Shown: positions 1 to 12,899, counted from the stretch's first letter. The stretch is 64,000 bases of DNA from Octopus vulgaris (GCA_951406725.2 OX597819.1:80538001-80602000); one strand, 5' to 3'. Notes: a model not told the origin generated them from the letters alone. Made by a program: numbers and translations.

Positions 1-365
1 ATTAGCACGCCGAGAGATATGCTTAGCGGTATTTCGTCTGCGTTACGTTGTGAGTTCAAATTCCGCCGAGGTCGACTTTGCCTTTCATCCTTTCGGGGTC
101 GATAAATTAAGTACCAGTTACGCAATGGGGTCGATGTAATCGACTTAATACCTATGTCTGTCCTTGTTTGTCCCTTCTGTGTTTAGCCCCTTGTGGGTAA
201 TAAAGAAATACGTATTTCGTCTGCCGCTACGTTCTGAGTTCAAATTCCGCCGAGGTCCACTTTGCTTTTCATCCTTTCGAAGTCGATAAATTAAGTACTA
301 GTTGCGTACTAGGGTCGATCTCATCGACTGGCCCCTCACCCAAAATTTCGGGCCTTGTGCTTGGC
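1..365 (+). mobile_element. Meta-domain-like tRNA-SINE, tandem (5'-clipped copy plus headless second unit)
   Basis: B-box-like GAGTTCAAATTCC, then GCCTTTCATCCTTTCGGGGTCGATAAATTAAGTACC and a GTCGATGTAATCGAC hairpin. The second unit restarts at about 212. The same sequence recurs more than 20 times in the window. Confidence 0.85.
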
Positions 366-420
366 ATTTAGGTCTTGTGTTTCAAACAAATATTAAACCG
401 CCTTAATATTTGTCGCAATT

Positions 421-630
421 AAGACGGCGAGCTGGCCGTTTGCACACCGGGTAAAATGCTTAGCAGTTTTCGTCCCTCATCAAATTTTAAGTTCAAATAT
501 ACCCCTCGGTCAACTAAGCCTTTCATCCTTTCGGTGTCACTGAAATAAATACTACTTGAGCACTGGATCGATATAATCGACTTAGCCCCTTCCTCGAAAT
601 TGCTGGCCTTGTACCAAAATTTGAAACCAA
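421..630 (+). mobile_element. Meta-domain-like tRNA-SINE, diverged copy
   Basis: GGCGAGCTGGC head, GCCTTTCATCCTTTCGG core, GGCCTTGTACCAAAATTTGAAAC tail. Confidence 0.8.
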
Positions 631-657
631 TATTTTTCGTATATATATATATATAAA

Positions 658-860
658 GTTAATCCAAACATGAAAACACAAAGAGAAAACACAACAACGC
701 GAGGACGTGGAACAAATGTAGTATTATTGGACGCTCAGGAAGGAAGGGAAGAAGGAGGGTTTTACGTTTCGAGCGGAGCTCTTCGTCAGAAACATATGAA
801 AAGGAAAGATCCAGAGAAAGGAAGACGGAGGAAAAAAAATCGCCAACGGTACACACGTGT
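658..860 (-). mobile_element. ~200-bp Penelope-type terminal repeat or non-autonomous element carrying a hammerhead motif
   Basis: Close homologue of 26668-26870 in the opposite orientation. Its 3' end GGATTAAC abuts (TA)n. Contains CTGACGAAGAGCTCCGCTCGAAACGTA. Confidence 0.7.
759..793 (-). ncRNA. minimal type I hammerhead ribozyme motif
   Basis: Minus strand reads GUUU-CUGACGA-a-GAGC(ucc)GCUC-GAAA-CG-UA-AAAC: intact core boxes, 4-bp stem II, stem I GUUU/AAAC, palindromic ACGU stem III, GUA cleavage triplet. Confidence 0.7.
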
Positions 861-986
861 CAATCATTTGTTTTTGTTTTAAGATTTCGTATTTAATTAC
901 CTCTTGACTCCATATTCATGCGTTCGGATTTTGCATATAAGAAATTTGAGAGTGAACTGAATTTTTTTATCTGGGCTAAAGTTTAC

Positions 987-1093
987 GCCTTAACTGAGTG
1001 TTGTGTCTGCACAAAAATCTTTGCCTTAACTGAATACTGTATCGGAATTGAAATATTGTGCCTTAACTGAATACTGTGTCTAGAATAAGATTT
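987..1093. repeat. 36-37-bp minisatellite, 3 units
   Basis: GCCTTAACTGA(A/G)T..TGT.TC recurs at 987, 1023 and 1060, with diverged distal halves. Confidence 0.75.
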
Positions 1094-1789
1094 ATAAATA
1101 CGTTGAAATTAGAAGTTTATATCTGCCCTGCACTTTGCCTCTGAGTTTATAAAGCATTTATCAAATTATATCATCTTCTAAGTTCAAACTACACATGATA
1201 AGGTTTTTATCCCTAAAGTATATTCCAGTGCTTTCGTGAATTGTAAAAACGGGTTCTAGAATAAAGATAGTCTTCTTCTTCTTCTTCTTCTTCTTCTTCT
1301 TCTTCTTCTTCTTCTTCTTCTTCTTCTTCTTCTTCTTCTTCTTCTTTCATTTGATGGAACGTTATTGCTTTTCCCAGAATTGTTAATATCCTCAGCAAAT
1401 CTTAAAAATCAGTCAACTTGAATTTTAGCTCTTTGACATTTAACACTGTCTCAATACTCCAGATTCTTTTTTTTTTTTTTCGTCCTTTTATTGCATGAAA
1501 AATTATTGTTTTACACAGAACTGTAAATATTCTGAGCAAAACTTCTTCAAAGTCAAAATCAGTTTCACTTCAGATAGTTTCACATTTAGCAGTATCTAAA
1601 ATACTCTCGGATTTCTTGCGTATGTAAATGACCTCGTTGACAATAGGATACATTGCTGTACGGAAGGTGTTGATGTTCGAAACGTTTTGAGATCAACATA
1701 CGTATAAGACAATACAATAAAACTATAGTTTGGCACCGCTGTCGCAAGTAACATCATCAGAAACAAAGCTTCTAATCTTTAATATAGGT

Positions 1790-1998
1790 TTCCAATTTTG
1801 GCACAAGGCCAGCAATTTTGGGGGAGGGGCTAAGTCGATTACATCACTCCAGTGATAAACTGGTACTTATTTTATCGACCCCGAAAGGGATGAGAAGCAA
1901 AGTCGACCTCGATAGTATTTGAAATCAGAACGCGAAGACAGGCGAAAAACCGCTAAGCATTTTGCCCAGAGTGCTAACGATTCTATCAGCTCGCCGCT
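1790..1998 (-). mobile_element. Meta-domain-like tRNA-SINE
   Basis: Reverse complement of the family (GGTACTTATTTTATCGACCCCGAAAGG ... CAGCTCGCCGC). Confidence 0.85.
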
Positions 1999-2339
1999 TT
2001 TTTATTCATTAATATTAACAAATTACCTAGTTTAACGTCGCCTTCTAGCCTTGACTGCCTTTAGCGGAGTCCATTAATTTTCAGAACTTGAACTGGTCTT
2101 CAGTCCCTTCTCACTTTCCACACCTTTAATCAAGCTAGTGATTCTAGCATTTTAACTACTAAAGATACGTTTTTATCTAAATGAATTTTCCCAAGTTTCC
2201 TAATCACGAAAAAGATCTGTTTATTCAACAAATAGGGTTAAATAACTATCAACAAACGCGTATGCACAGTTTCATTTCAAGTCAGACCAGATATGAGAGC
2301 CTGCACTATTGCAGCTCGTCACTGCATCTACCATTTATA

Positions 2340-2605
2340 TTTCTTTACTACCCACAAGGGGCTAAACACAGAGATGACAAACAAGGATAGACAAAGGGAT
2401 TAAGTCGATTACATTAACCCCAGTGCGTAACTGGTACTTAATTTATCGACCCCGAAAGGATGAAAGGCAAAGTCGACTTCGGCGGAATTTGAACTCAGAA
2501 CGTAACGGCAGACGAAATACGGCTAGGCATTTCGCCCGGTGTGCTAACGTTTCTGCCAGCTCGCCGCCTTATCGCCAGCTCGCCGCCTTATCGCCAGCTC
2601 GCCGC
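2340..2605 (-). mobile_element. Meta-domain-like tRNA-SINE, young copy with a 19-bp tandem duplication at its 5' end
   Basis: Near-identical to 34716-34947. CCAGCTCGCCGCCTTATCG is repeated about 2.5 times at 2557-2605. Confidence 0.9.
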
Positions 2606-3087
2606 ATCTACCATTTAGTGTATTCCTTATTCCTGGACGATGATACCTTTGAACCACTCAGCCGATAAATCTCCAACCCACCCTAATCTCCAGGGTTTAC
2701 CTCATGTGACCCATCATGTCCTGCAGGGTTTTCCTCGTATGTCTTGAGAGACATCGAGGTACTTCCTCGGAGGAGAGAACTTGGGGGTTTGTTTGGGTAA
2801 TCGTTGCTGGCTGATGATAGATTTTTAGGAGGTCGGAGTGCAAGTCCTACTTCAAACTCTTTTAGTCACCTTTTTCGACACGCAGAAGAAAGGTTTGGGT
2901 CTATTCTTTGATGTACCAGTCCCCACGCAGCGCAGTTTCATTTCCCAGTTCAGTAATATATGTCACTGAAGAGGCAAATAAATAAAGAGCAACACAAACA
3001 AAAAAGCTTGTACAACTACACATATATACTCACTCCCCACCCCACACACACACACCACATATATACAAAAACAACATAATATAATTG

Positions 3088-3296
3088 TTTCGGAATTTGG
3101 CACAAGGCCTGTAATTTTAGAGTGATGGGGTTAGTCGATTACATCGACCTCAGTACTTGACTGGTACCTTTTTTCAAAGACCTTAAAAGCATGAATGGCA
3201 AAATTTCCCTCGGAGGGACATGGACATAAAGCTGGAATAAATACCACTAGGTATTATGTCCGACTTACTTAACGATACTTCCAGTCCGCCGCCTTA
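3088..3296 (-). mobile_element. Meta-domain-like SINE, old copy
   Basis: TTTGGCACAAGGCC tail, GTCGATTACATCGAC hairpin, CGCCGCCTT head. Confidence 0.7.
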
Positions 3297-4109
3297 ACAT
3301 AACAAATTACAACATGTAACATAACATACAAATGTTGTTTGTTTTCGATGTGAGACGTTCATGAAGCTTTGTGAAATTGAAATTAACAGAAGCAGTAACA
3401 GCAGTACAAGAATATTTTATATAACAAAAAAAAAAAATACCCTGCTTTTTTTCTTTTTAGTTTTATAAACATTTTTAATATAAAATAAAAGACAAATTTA
3501 TCGATAATTCAAACTCAAAGCTCAATGACATGACGAATCAAGGATTAAGACAGAATTCAAATAAGTTTTGATCGAAGTTGAGTGCGTGTGAAGAGAGCAA
3601 TATGATAATTTGCATTCACCGATCGATGGACTCTGTAAATATTATCACAGGTCAGAACGTATTGGTGAGAAATCACCTTTATCATATTTTTTTGTCTCTA
3701 GACTGATTCATTAGCAGCAGTCTGTTGGCGCAAGGAAATTAACGGCTATTTTGCCTGTAACATGATTTAATTTCTTCGTACTGGTCGTCTGTGAAATTCA
3801 TGTATTTTCTTTTCTGGCAGAATAAAGGTGTTGGATTAGCAGATTAAGGATAGTAAACTAACAGAATCATTATCGGAAAAGAATTGCTTTGCAGTATTCG
3901 TTCCGATTTTTTACATTCTGAATTCGAATCCTGTTGATGTCAAATTTGAACGTCATCGTTTCAAGGTCGATAAAATAAAGCACCGTTCAAGTATATGAGT
4001 CGACTTAATCGACTAATCCCCACCTTTCAAATTTCAGATCTTTTGTCTTTATTAGGAACAATCGTTATTACAAGTACTGGGGGCGATTGTATTGATTAAC
4101 CCCCCTCTC

Positions 4110-5340
4110 ACAAAGTTCGGGCTGACCATCAATATTTCGCAGCTATTTTCACATCGGTTGGTTTCGGTTACGTCCTCAGAAGTAGGTTGGGTCATTGCAA
4201 TGTACAACGACATCTGCTCGACGGTCAATGTAAATCTCCCCTTACCAATCGGAGCCATTCGGTACCGTGCGTTCAATCCCCCGAAGTTGGTCTCACTGAC
4301 TCCTGCACATGCTGACAATCGAGCCACTACAACAGAAGCTATAAATTTCGATGAGCATCCTGCGTGAACCAGGGTGCAGAAGAGCCGTGTCAGCTTATGC
4401 AGATGAAGTCACTGTAATATCACTAAAATGCTGCATACTATACACATCAATGTGATCGGCTCTAATCACAGACAATACGAAACGGTGACAGGAGCATAAT
4501 GTAAGCAGAGAAGGTAGTTGGGGCTGCAGTTGAGCACCTGGAGAGGCAGATACATGCTGCCAGAGAGAGTCGTGGTGTGCTGGATAGACAGGTTGATTAA
4601 ATTGTTCGGCGACTGGTTCAGTCCTGGCTATCAGGTGGACAAAAACTGGGACCAGGTAATGAGCAAGTTAACTGATCCCACCCAGAAACAAGCAGAGAGG
4701 AATCTATCTCTGAACGGTAGAGCGGAGATAGCGATGCTTATACCGCATCCTTCATCTAATAACATTGGTAGCCGTTTGTCACACTCGCTTTTCTACAACT
4801 CGTCTCTTTCACAGAGCTGTAGTTCTGTAGCAAGCCTGAGCCGTGGCAGCGCGTCTGGCATATAAAGTGTCGTCAGGTGTTCACAGCACTCTGCCAGTCG
4901 GTAGAAGTTTTACCACGGCATTCTATAAAAGGTTAGTGGCGAGCAAAAGTGACGATGTCCTCGAGATTTTGGTCATTGATGAATTTGGGTGCTCTGTTCT
5001 AGAGGACTTTAGCTCAAGAACCTGTGGATAATTACCAGAAATCTTTGGGCTGGTAGAGCTACCGGAGGAGGAGGAAATGGCTATTGGTGTTTCAGAACAG
5101 ACTCCGCAATCATAGCTGTGCTATCAGCCGGGAATATCACGAGATGTACACAGAGCGACGAAACCGTTCTGTACGTGCTTGTACATTGCCTGAAAATTAC
5201 TGAATTATCAACCAGCTCCTTATCGGTTATTGGCCAGCTCCATCGTGAAGATCACTTCATCGCCCTCCATTAATCGGGAGTGGTAGGCACTATTCCTTTG
5301 CCTGTTGACTTTGGCAAAAGGGGGTGCGTGGTGAACGACA
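4110..5340 (-). mobile_element. highly decayed interspersed element, possibly an LTR-retrotransposon gag region
   Basis: Shares short diverged motifs with 15240-15370 and 28300-28500. Minus-strand peptides are ALPAQRFLV, VLLDQRILEF and ALLGQRLLEIF. No long ORF remains, and the class assignment is a guess. Confidence 0.25.
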
Positions 5341-5532
5341 TTGAAAACACCAAATACGGAAATTTTCTTCAATGGCTAATCTCTCATTGACTTTTTTTTA
5401 AAGTTCCATGGACATCATTATCTTCATCATCCTCCTCATCATCATCAACATCATCTTCCTCATCATCATCATCAACATCATCCTCATCCTCATATTCATC
5501 CTCGTCCTCGTCCTCGTCGTCGTTGTTGTTGC

Positions 5533-5586
<54 letters not shown>

Positions 5587-5587
5587 G

Positions 5588-5649
5588 AAGGCGCAGGAGT
5601 GGCTGTGTGGTAAGTAGCTTGCTTACGAAACACATGAAAGAAGCCCGTC

Positions 5650-5705
<56 letters not shown>

Positions 5706-5920
5706 GTGTATATGTTTGTGTGTCAGTGTTTGTCCCCCAACATCGCTTGACAACCGATGCTGGTGTGTTTATGTCCCCATAACCTAGCGCTTCGGCAAAA
5801 GGGACCGATAGGATAACTACTAGGCTTACAAAGTATAAGTCCTGGGGTCGATTTTCTCGACTAAAGGCGGTGCTCCAGCATAGCCACAGTCAAATGACTG
5901 AAACAAGTAAAAGAGTAAAT
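5588..5920 (+). mobile_element. CORE-like tRNA-SINE (OK/OR-type) with internal (TA)n, internally deleted
   Basis: AGGCGCAGGAGTGGCTGTGTGGTAAGTAGCTTGC head and GGCGGTGCTCCAGCAT..CAGTCAAATGACTGAAACAAGTAAAAGA tail, shared with many other copies. Confidence 0.85.
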
Positions 5921-5926
5921 GAGTAA

Positions 5927-6140
5927 ATGCGGCGAGCTGGCAGAATCGTTCGAGCGTCATACAAAATACATAGCAACATTTGGTCTGTCTTAACTTTCAA
6001 AGTTCAAATTCTACTGAGGCCGACTTTATTTTTCATTCTTTCGGAGTCGATAAAATTAGAACTAGTTGAGTATTGGGGTCGATATAATAGACTACTCAAC
6101 TCCCATAAAATTTCAGGCCTTGCGCCTATAGTAGAACGGA
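5927..6140 (+). mobile_element. Meta-domain-like SINE
   Basis: GCGGCGAGCTGGCAGAATCGTT head, TTTCATTCTTTCGGAGTCGATAAA core, TTTCAGGCCTTG tail. Confidence 0.8.
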
Positions 6141-6550
6141 ATATATTCAACCCTTATGAAAAATGTTGTTACTAAAGTTGGTAAAAAAAAACATTTAAAG
6201 CCTAAATGTCAATTTGAATTTAGATTCCTTCTGATCCTAAATGAATTATAATTACATAGAATATGCATCATATTTAAATTCTAAATTCTGGGGTCGATTT
6301 TTCCGACTAAAGCCGTCAAGGCGGTGCTCTAGTGTGGCCGCAGTCCTAAGACTGAAGGAAGTAAAAGGAAAAAAAAAATACAAAAAATTCTTCCGTGTGA
6401 AATTCTTCAGTTCATAAGCTGCTGTATGCAATTGCATTATGAGCGAATATGTACGTTCGATAGCTCAATGTAGTGTTCTGTTAGTGTCATGCTATTAGTG
6501 CCAAGCCAGTTGCACTAATGCAATAACAGTAACGTTATACGAGTTTCCTC

Positions 6551-6825
6551 TAAGGCGGCGAACTGGCAGATCACTGGAGGCAGAACACTGGAGGCAGATC
6601 ACTGGAGGCAGAACACTGGAGGCGAGCTGGTAGAACATTAAGGCATCGAGCTGTTAGCACACTGGACAAAATGCTTAGCCCGTCGCTACGTTCTGACTTC
6701 AAATTCCACCGCGGTCGACTTTGCCTTTCACCCTTTCGGGGTCGATGAATTAAGTACTAGTGAAACACTTGGGTCAATGTAATCGACTAGTCCCCGGATT
6801 TCAGGCCTTGTGCCTTTAATAGAAT
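6551..6825 (+). mobile_element. Meta-domain-like SINE with a 14-bp tandem (CACTGGAGGCAGAW, about 4 units) in its head
   Basis: Family motifs are present, and the tandem lies at 6572-6623. Confidence 0.8.
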
Positions 6826-7449
6826 GAATGGGTTATACGAGTTTCCAACAAACTTCTTACTAAAACAAAAAGACAAGAACGCTTTAACCAGTACGCTATT
6901 TCATTTCCTCAATAAACAACAGATTTACGATGTTTTATGTTACAACTGATCGCTGTTTATTTAGCAATGTTTTACATTTTATTTTTGATTGCTTTACATT
7001 ATTGTTATTCATTTTTTTTCTATATTTCTTCTCAATTTTTATAACCCTCCCTTCGTTTGCAGGATGTTTTGACAGAATCTTTAACATAGATTACAAAAAT
7101 TTCTGTTAGAATTCAGTGTTTGAAATTCAAATTTAATTTTCAATTAATATTACTTTAATTAAACAATAATCGCCTATTTGTTTGAGTTGATAGTTTATGG
7201 AGAAGAAAAGAGAGGAGAGAAGTGGCGAGAGGAGAAGAGGAGAGTATAGAGCGGTGTGGAGTAGCGTGATGGAGTGTGGAATGGAGTGGTGTGATATAGA
7301 ATGAGATAGAGATGTTGTGTATATGAACATGTGTCTAAGCGTGGCTGGGTGAACTAGGGGGAAATAAGAGGGTTATGCCAGCCGAAAATGACACATACAT
7401 AAATGCATACACATGTATGTACAAACGCATATATATATATGTATATATA

Positions 7450-8030
7450 TATACACATTCACAAACGGGAATTTTTAAATACATATAGTCATACAAATCG
7501 AAGTTGACACATGCATATATAAGCACACGTAAATGCATGCACATATGTACAGGCACACACGCATACACACGCACACACACATGCACATAAACATAAGCAT
7601 ACAGAAAGAGACACACACACATTCACACATGGGCATTTTTATATACATATTCATACAAACTGAAATTGACATACATATATATATGCACACGTAAATGCAT
7701 ACACACACACATATATATATATATGTTGTGTGTGCGTGTGTATGTGTATCCACACTCGGGTATTTATATATTCACATATTCATACAAATCGAAATTGACA
7801 CATACAAATATACGCACACCTAAATGCATGCACATTTACACACACACACATAAATATATATATATATACATACATATATACGCACGCACACATACACTTA
7901 CACACGGGCATTTTTATATAAACATCTTCGTATGAACAGAAGATATATACATGCACACATAAATACAAACACATACGCACATACACACATAAAAGCACAC
8001 ATTCACACACAGATATATTGATGTACGCAT
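7450..8030. repeat. degenerate higher-order tandem repeat (units of about 100-165 bp) built from CA/TA-rich sequence
   Basis: CACATTCACA..GGG.ATTTTTATATACAT..TCATACAAA..GAA.TTGACA recurs near 7455, 7618, 7750 and 7895, and partially near 7997. Confidence 0.65.
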
Positions 8031-8727
8031 CTTCATTCTGGCGCTCATACATATATGAAGAACGATATCTCCTTCCCCACACAAAAAAAAAAACAATATG
8101 TAGGAAAGAATTTTTTTTTAAATCGGCAGAAGTGTGAGTGGTGTGAGTGGTGTGGTGGTGAGGGTTAGTAAATTAGAATATTTACAAATTAAAAAAAAAA
8201 TGCAACACCATCGCCGTCACCACCACCACCATGAACAACAACAACAATATTAATACAAACACAACCAATAAACACAATGCGAAGAACAACATTACCAATA
8301 AGAACAACAACAATAGAAATAACAGCAACAACGTCGACAATTAAAAAAATATACAGTGAAGAGAACGTGTTACAAGAACCGGGTGATGGTGCCGGTAGTG
8401 TCGGTTTTGGTGCTGGTGGGGAGTGGTTTGTTAAGGAATGGTATGAGAGAATGGCATTAGAATGGATAATAATGAAGAATGGAGTGGGAAGGTAGATCTC
8501 CCCAGTTAGAATAAATGAAATCTTAGCAGAAGAGATGGGTTTGAAACCGAAGTAAAATTCACATAAGCGTGTGAAGAATAAATTAAGATGTCGTGTCGTT
8601 GTGGTAGCGGCCATTTTGTTTTATCATTTTCTTTAAAGGATTTTTTTACGTCTTTCTTTTACTGTTTTTATTTCAATACTTTTTTCTGTTCTATTTGCTT
8701 TATATTATTTCTTTGATTCTGTTGCAG

Positions 8728-8757
8728 ACCCAATAAATGAACAGAGGCTAGAATGGT
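8728..8757 (+). CDS. candidate 30-nt symmetric (phase 1) microexon, peptide xPINEQRLEWx
   Basis: Long AG-free pyrimidine tract ending TTCTGTTGCAG, 30 nt open in one frame, donor GTAAGA. No gene could be identified. Confidence 0.3.
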
Positions 8758-8944
8758 GTAAGAGAGAATATAATAGGTGGTAAGGGACAGTGGGTGGGAA
8801 AGAGAGGCGGGAGGGGTTGAATTCTATTCTATTGTGGTTGGGGGTTGATGTCGCTATTATTGTTGTTGGTGTTGTTGTTTTCGTAGTTCCTATTATTCTA
8901 TTCGTTGTGAAGTTATTTCTTTGTTTTACGACTACTTTCCTGCT

Positions 8945-9109
8945 TTATAATAACAACAACAATAATGATAATAATAATGATAATAATAATAATTATCATT
9001 GTTATTAGTATAATTATTATTATTATTATTGTTATTATCATCCACATCATCATCATCCTCATCATTATCATCATCGTCATCGTCATCGTCGTCCTTGTCG
9101 TCATCGTCG

Positions 9110-9161
<52 letters not shown>

Positions 9162-9485
9162 TATCATCATCATCACCATCATCATCGTCATTATCATCAT
9201 GATCATCATCAATATCATTATTGATATTATTATTTAAACGCTTCACTGAATTTTTAATCAGAAAAATCTCCATTTTTTGTTTATTTTGATATTTTGTTAT
9301 TTATTAATCGTATTTTTTTTTTCTCATTTTATTTTTGTATTATATATATTTTTTCATTTTACTTTGAAAGCTTTTGTTCGTGTTTGTTTTTCTTTTGCTT
9401 TTCTTTCGTATATTCATTACTGTTGCAAATTTTTTTCTTTAAATCAAATTTCATGCATGTTTTTTCTTGTTGCTCTTGTTACCAA

Positions 9486-9516
<31 letters not shown>

Positions 9517-9578
9517 TTTTATTAGCATTATTGTTATTATGATTAACATCATAATATCATAACCATCATAATCATTAT

Positions 9579-9611
<33 letters not shown>

Positions 9612-9625
9612 TATTATTATTATTA

Positions 9626-9689
<64 letters not shown>

Positions 9690-9690
9690 C
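8945..9690. repeat. compound trinucleotide microsatellites (AAT/ATC/ATT)
   Basis: Direct inspection. Confidence 0.9.
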
Positions 9691-11424
9691 ATTAGATCAG
9701 TAATTAATTCATTTTTCCATACATCCATTGATTTATTTGAATTATTCGTTTACCAGTGAAACCAACAGCAACAATAACAATGATAACAGCAGTAGCAGCA
9801 GTAACAAGAACAGCAGCAGCAGCAGTAGTACAACAACAAAACAATAACATCAACAACAACAACAGAAAAAGAAGAAGAAGAAGAAGAAGAAGAAGAAGAA
9901 GAAGAAGAGGAGGAGGAGGGGGAGGAGGAGGAGGAAAAAGAAGAAGAAGAAGAAGAAGAAGAAGAAGAAGAAGAAGAAGAAGAAGAAGAAGAAGAAGAAG
10001 AATATTTTCTTTTATTATCGCCTCAATAACGTCGGACAAGGGGACATTATCGAGATAAATTATGAAAGTGGTGTGGGGAATGTTGCACTGATATCGAAAG
10101 GAAAGAATCAAAGATGATGGCATACGTTGTGTACAATATACAGAAATGTTCCCAGAGGTGGCCACCACCTAAGTTTAGACTAGGGATCATACAGGTCTAG
10201 GATTAACTTTACTCGCTTTATTTGTTGTCTTCATTCTTACCACTCTCATCAACATTCCAACAAATTTAGTAGAGCAGCATCTTTCTCAAACCCTTCCTTC
10301 CTCTATACCCTCATCTTCTTTTCCACTATCACCTACATCTCCTCATCACATTCCTCTCCTCCCTTACCTTTCTATTCACCCTCACCTTTCTTCCCAAGTG
10401 ATATTTGAAAATGTTGAAGTCTTCACCGAATAGGAAAGTGTATGTCGTTAGCTTTTTCGCTTGCGTCCATCTCATGCCCTATATTGCTTGAATTGCATAC
10501 CATTAGTTGATCTTCATAATGGACCCATTGGACAGCTACATTCATCTTATACGTAACGACATCTGTTCAAAAGCTTCACAAATTCGAAGAGCTCCGGCAA
10601 CGAACGTGTGCACGGAAAAACGATTTCGTCCCTCTGCGTGCACCTCAGATACGCTTGTCTAATGGTACTTTTATGATTGTCGGGTTTATTTTAAACCATT
10701 AATAACCTCCATCCCATTAGCACTGCAAGACTAGGGATTTTTCGAAGTTGGTTCCGAGGCAAAAGTTCTCTGGGACAAAACAGTTGATTCCCATCTATAC
10801 TGTGTTACTCAAAAATGTCGACACTCTACTTTGGTCGAACGGAAGCTATGGTAAGACACGGGTGGCTATGCGACAGTATTGAACGAAAGTATTGTACGTG
10901 TTCACCACCTGTGAGCGACCGTTTAAGGACAGTTTTCTCTTAGTCCAATTCAGACTCTTCTCGTAACCTAGAGTCAGTTTTTAGCGTCCTGTCACACATC
11001 AACCCCACGCATGCTTCGGTAAAGTTCTCCAAGACATTTTCCAGCAGCACAGACTTGCCTCTCCAGGTGTAAAGCTGCATGCGCACTTGCATGTTCGGGT
11101 TAATTTTTTACTTCTGGTTAATTTTTTACTTCTGGCTAATTTTTTACAGCTCCTATTCATGACCGCTGCTTCGATTTCATTGTTGCCGGACTCCATTACA
11201 GTGTTGTTGTCCTCATATGCTTATACAGCTCTCCCATGTTCCAGTTTGGACTGTACACCTCTTTACACCGCTGATTTCTGCAGCAGTGACTCGAGATACT
11301 ATACAAAGAGAAGAGATGAGGGTACGCTGTACAGATTAAAAGTGTGATGTAGCTAACTACGCACGATCCCAGCAAATGTCTAATGCCATTCAAGTCCCAT
11401 ACATCCTTCTTTTCTGTGTATGTG

Positions 11425-11459
<35 letters not shown>

Positions 11460-11635
11460 GAAAGTATTTAGCTGTGAGAGAAAATTATGAGAATTTAAAC
11501 ATATCCCTTCTATTCTTATATGCAGGTAAAAGAGTGCAGTAAGATTTCTGAGGAACCTTTTCGCAGTTTGTTTACCGTTCCTTAGAGGAGGCATACCCGA
11601 TTTCCTTTATCAAGTGAGAGAATAGAATATAATGT

Positions 11636-11788
11636 ATAGGCACAGGAGTGGCTGTGTGGTAAGTAGCTTGCTTACCAACCACATGGTTCCGGGTTCAGTC
11701 CCACTCCGTGGCACCTTGGGCAAGTGTCTTCTACTATAGCCTTGGGCCGACCAAAGCCTTGTAGACGGAAACTGAAAGAAGCCCATCG

Positions 11789-11848
<60 letters not shown>

Positions 11849-11955
11849 CTAGGCTTACAAAGAATAAGTCCTGGAATCGAGTTGTTCGACTAAAAACGGT
11901 GCTCCAGCATGGCCGCAGTCAAATTACTGAAACAAGTAAAAGGGAAAAGAATAAA
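11636..11955 (+). mobile_element. CORE-like tRNA-SINE (OK/OR-type) with internal (TA)n(TG)n
   Basis: A-box-like TGGCTGTGTGG, B-box-like GGTTCAGTCCC, CORE-like CACCTTGGGCAAGTGTCTT, family tail. Confidence 0.85.
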
Positions 11956-11956
11956 A

Positions 11957-11994
<38 letters not shown>

Positions 11995-12039
11995 TTTACA
12001 CATACGTATGTATGTATGTATATATATATATACGGTAAG

Positions 12040-12868
<829 letters not shown>

Positions 12869-12899
12869 ATGACACCCGTTTCCACTGAAGCTACAGAAA

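Noticed and set aside
659-882. 65-70 aa ORFs repeated at 26670-26949
   Set aside because: The similarity is explained by the shared non-coding repeat, and there is no evidence of coding constraint.
987-1093. CRISPR-like repeat/spacer pattern
   Set aside because: Only three units, the variable parts are about 15 bp and resemble each other, the context is eukaryotic and no cas genes are present. It is a minisatellite.
2423-2668. Recurrent peptide MRNWYLIYRPRKDERQSR suggesting a gene family (also 34590, 35066, 39077)
   Set aside because: It is the antisense translation of the Meta-like SINE.
8189-8614. 141-aa minus-strand ORF with a good start context
   Set aside because: The C-terminal half derives from GTT/GGT low-complexity repeats and no domain is recognisable.
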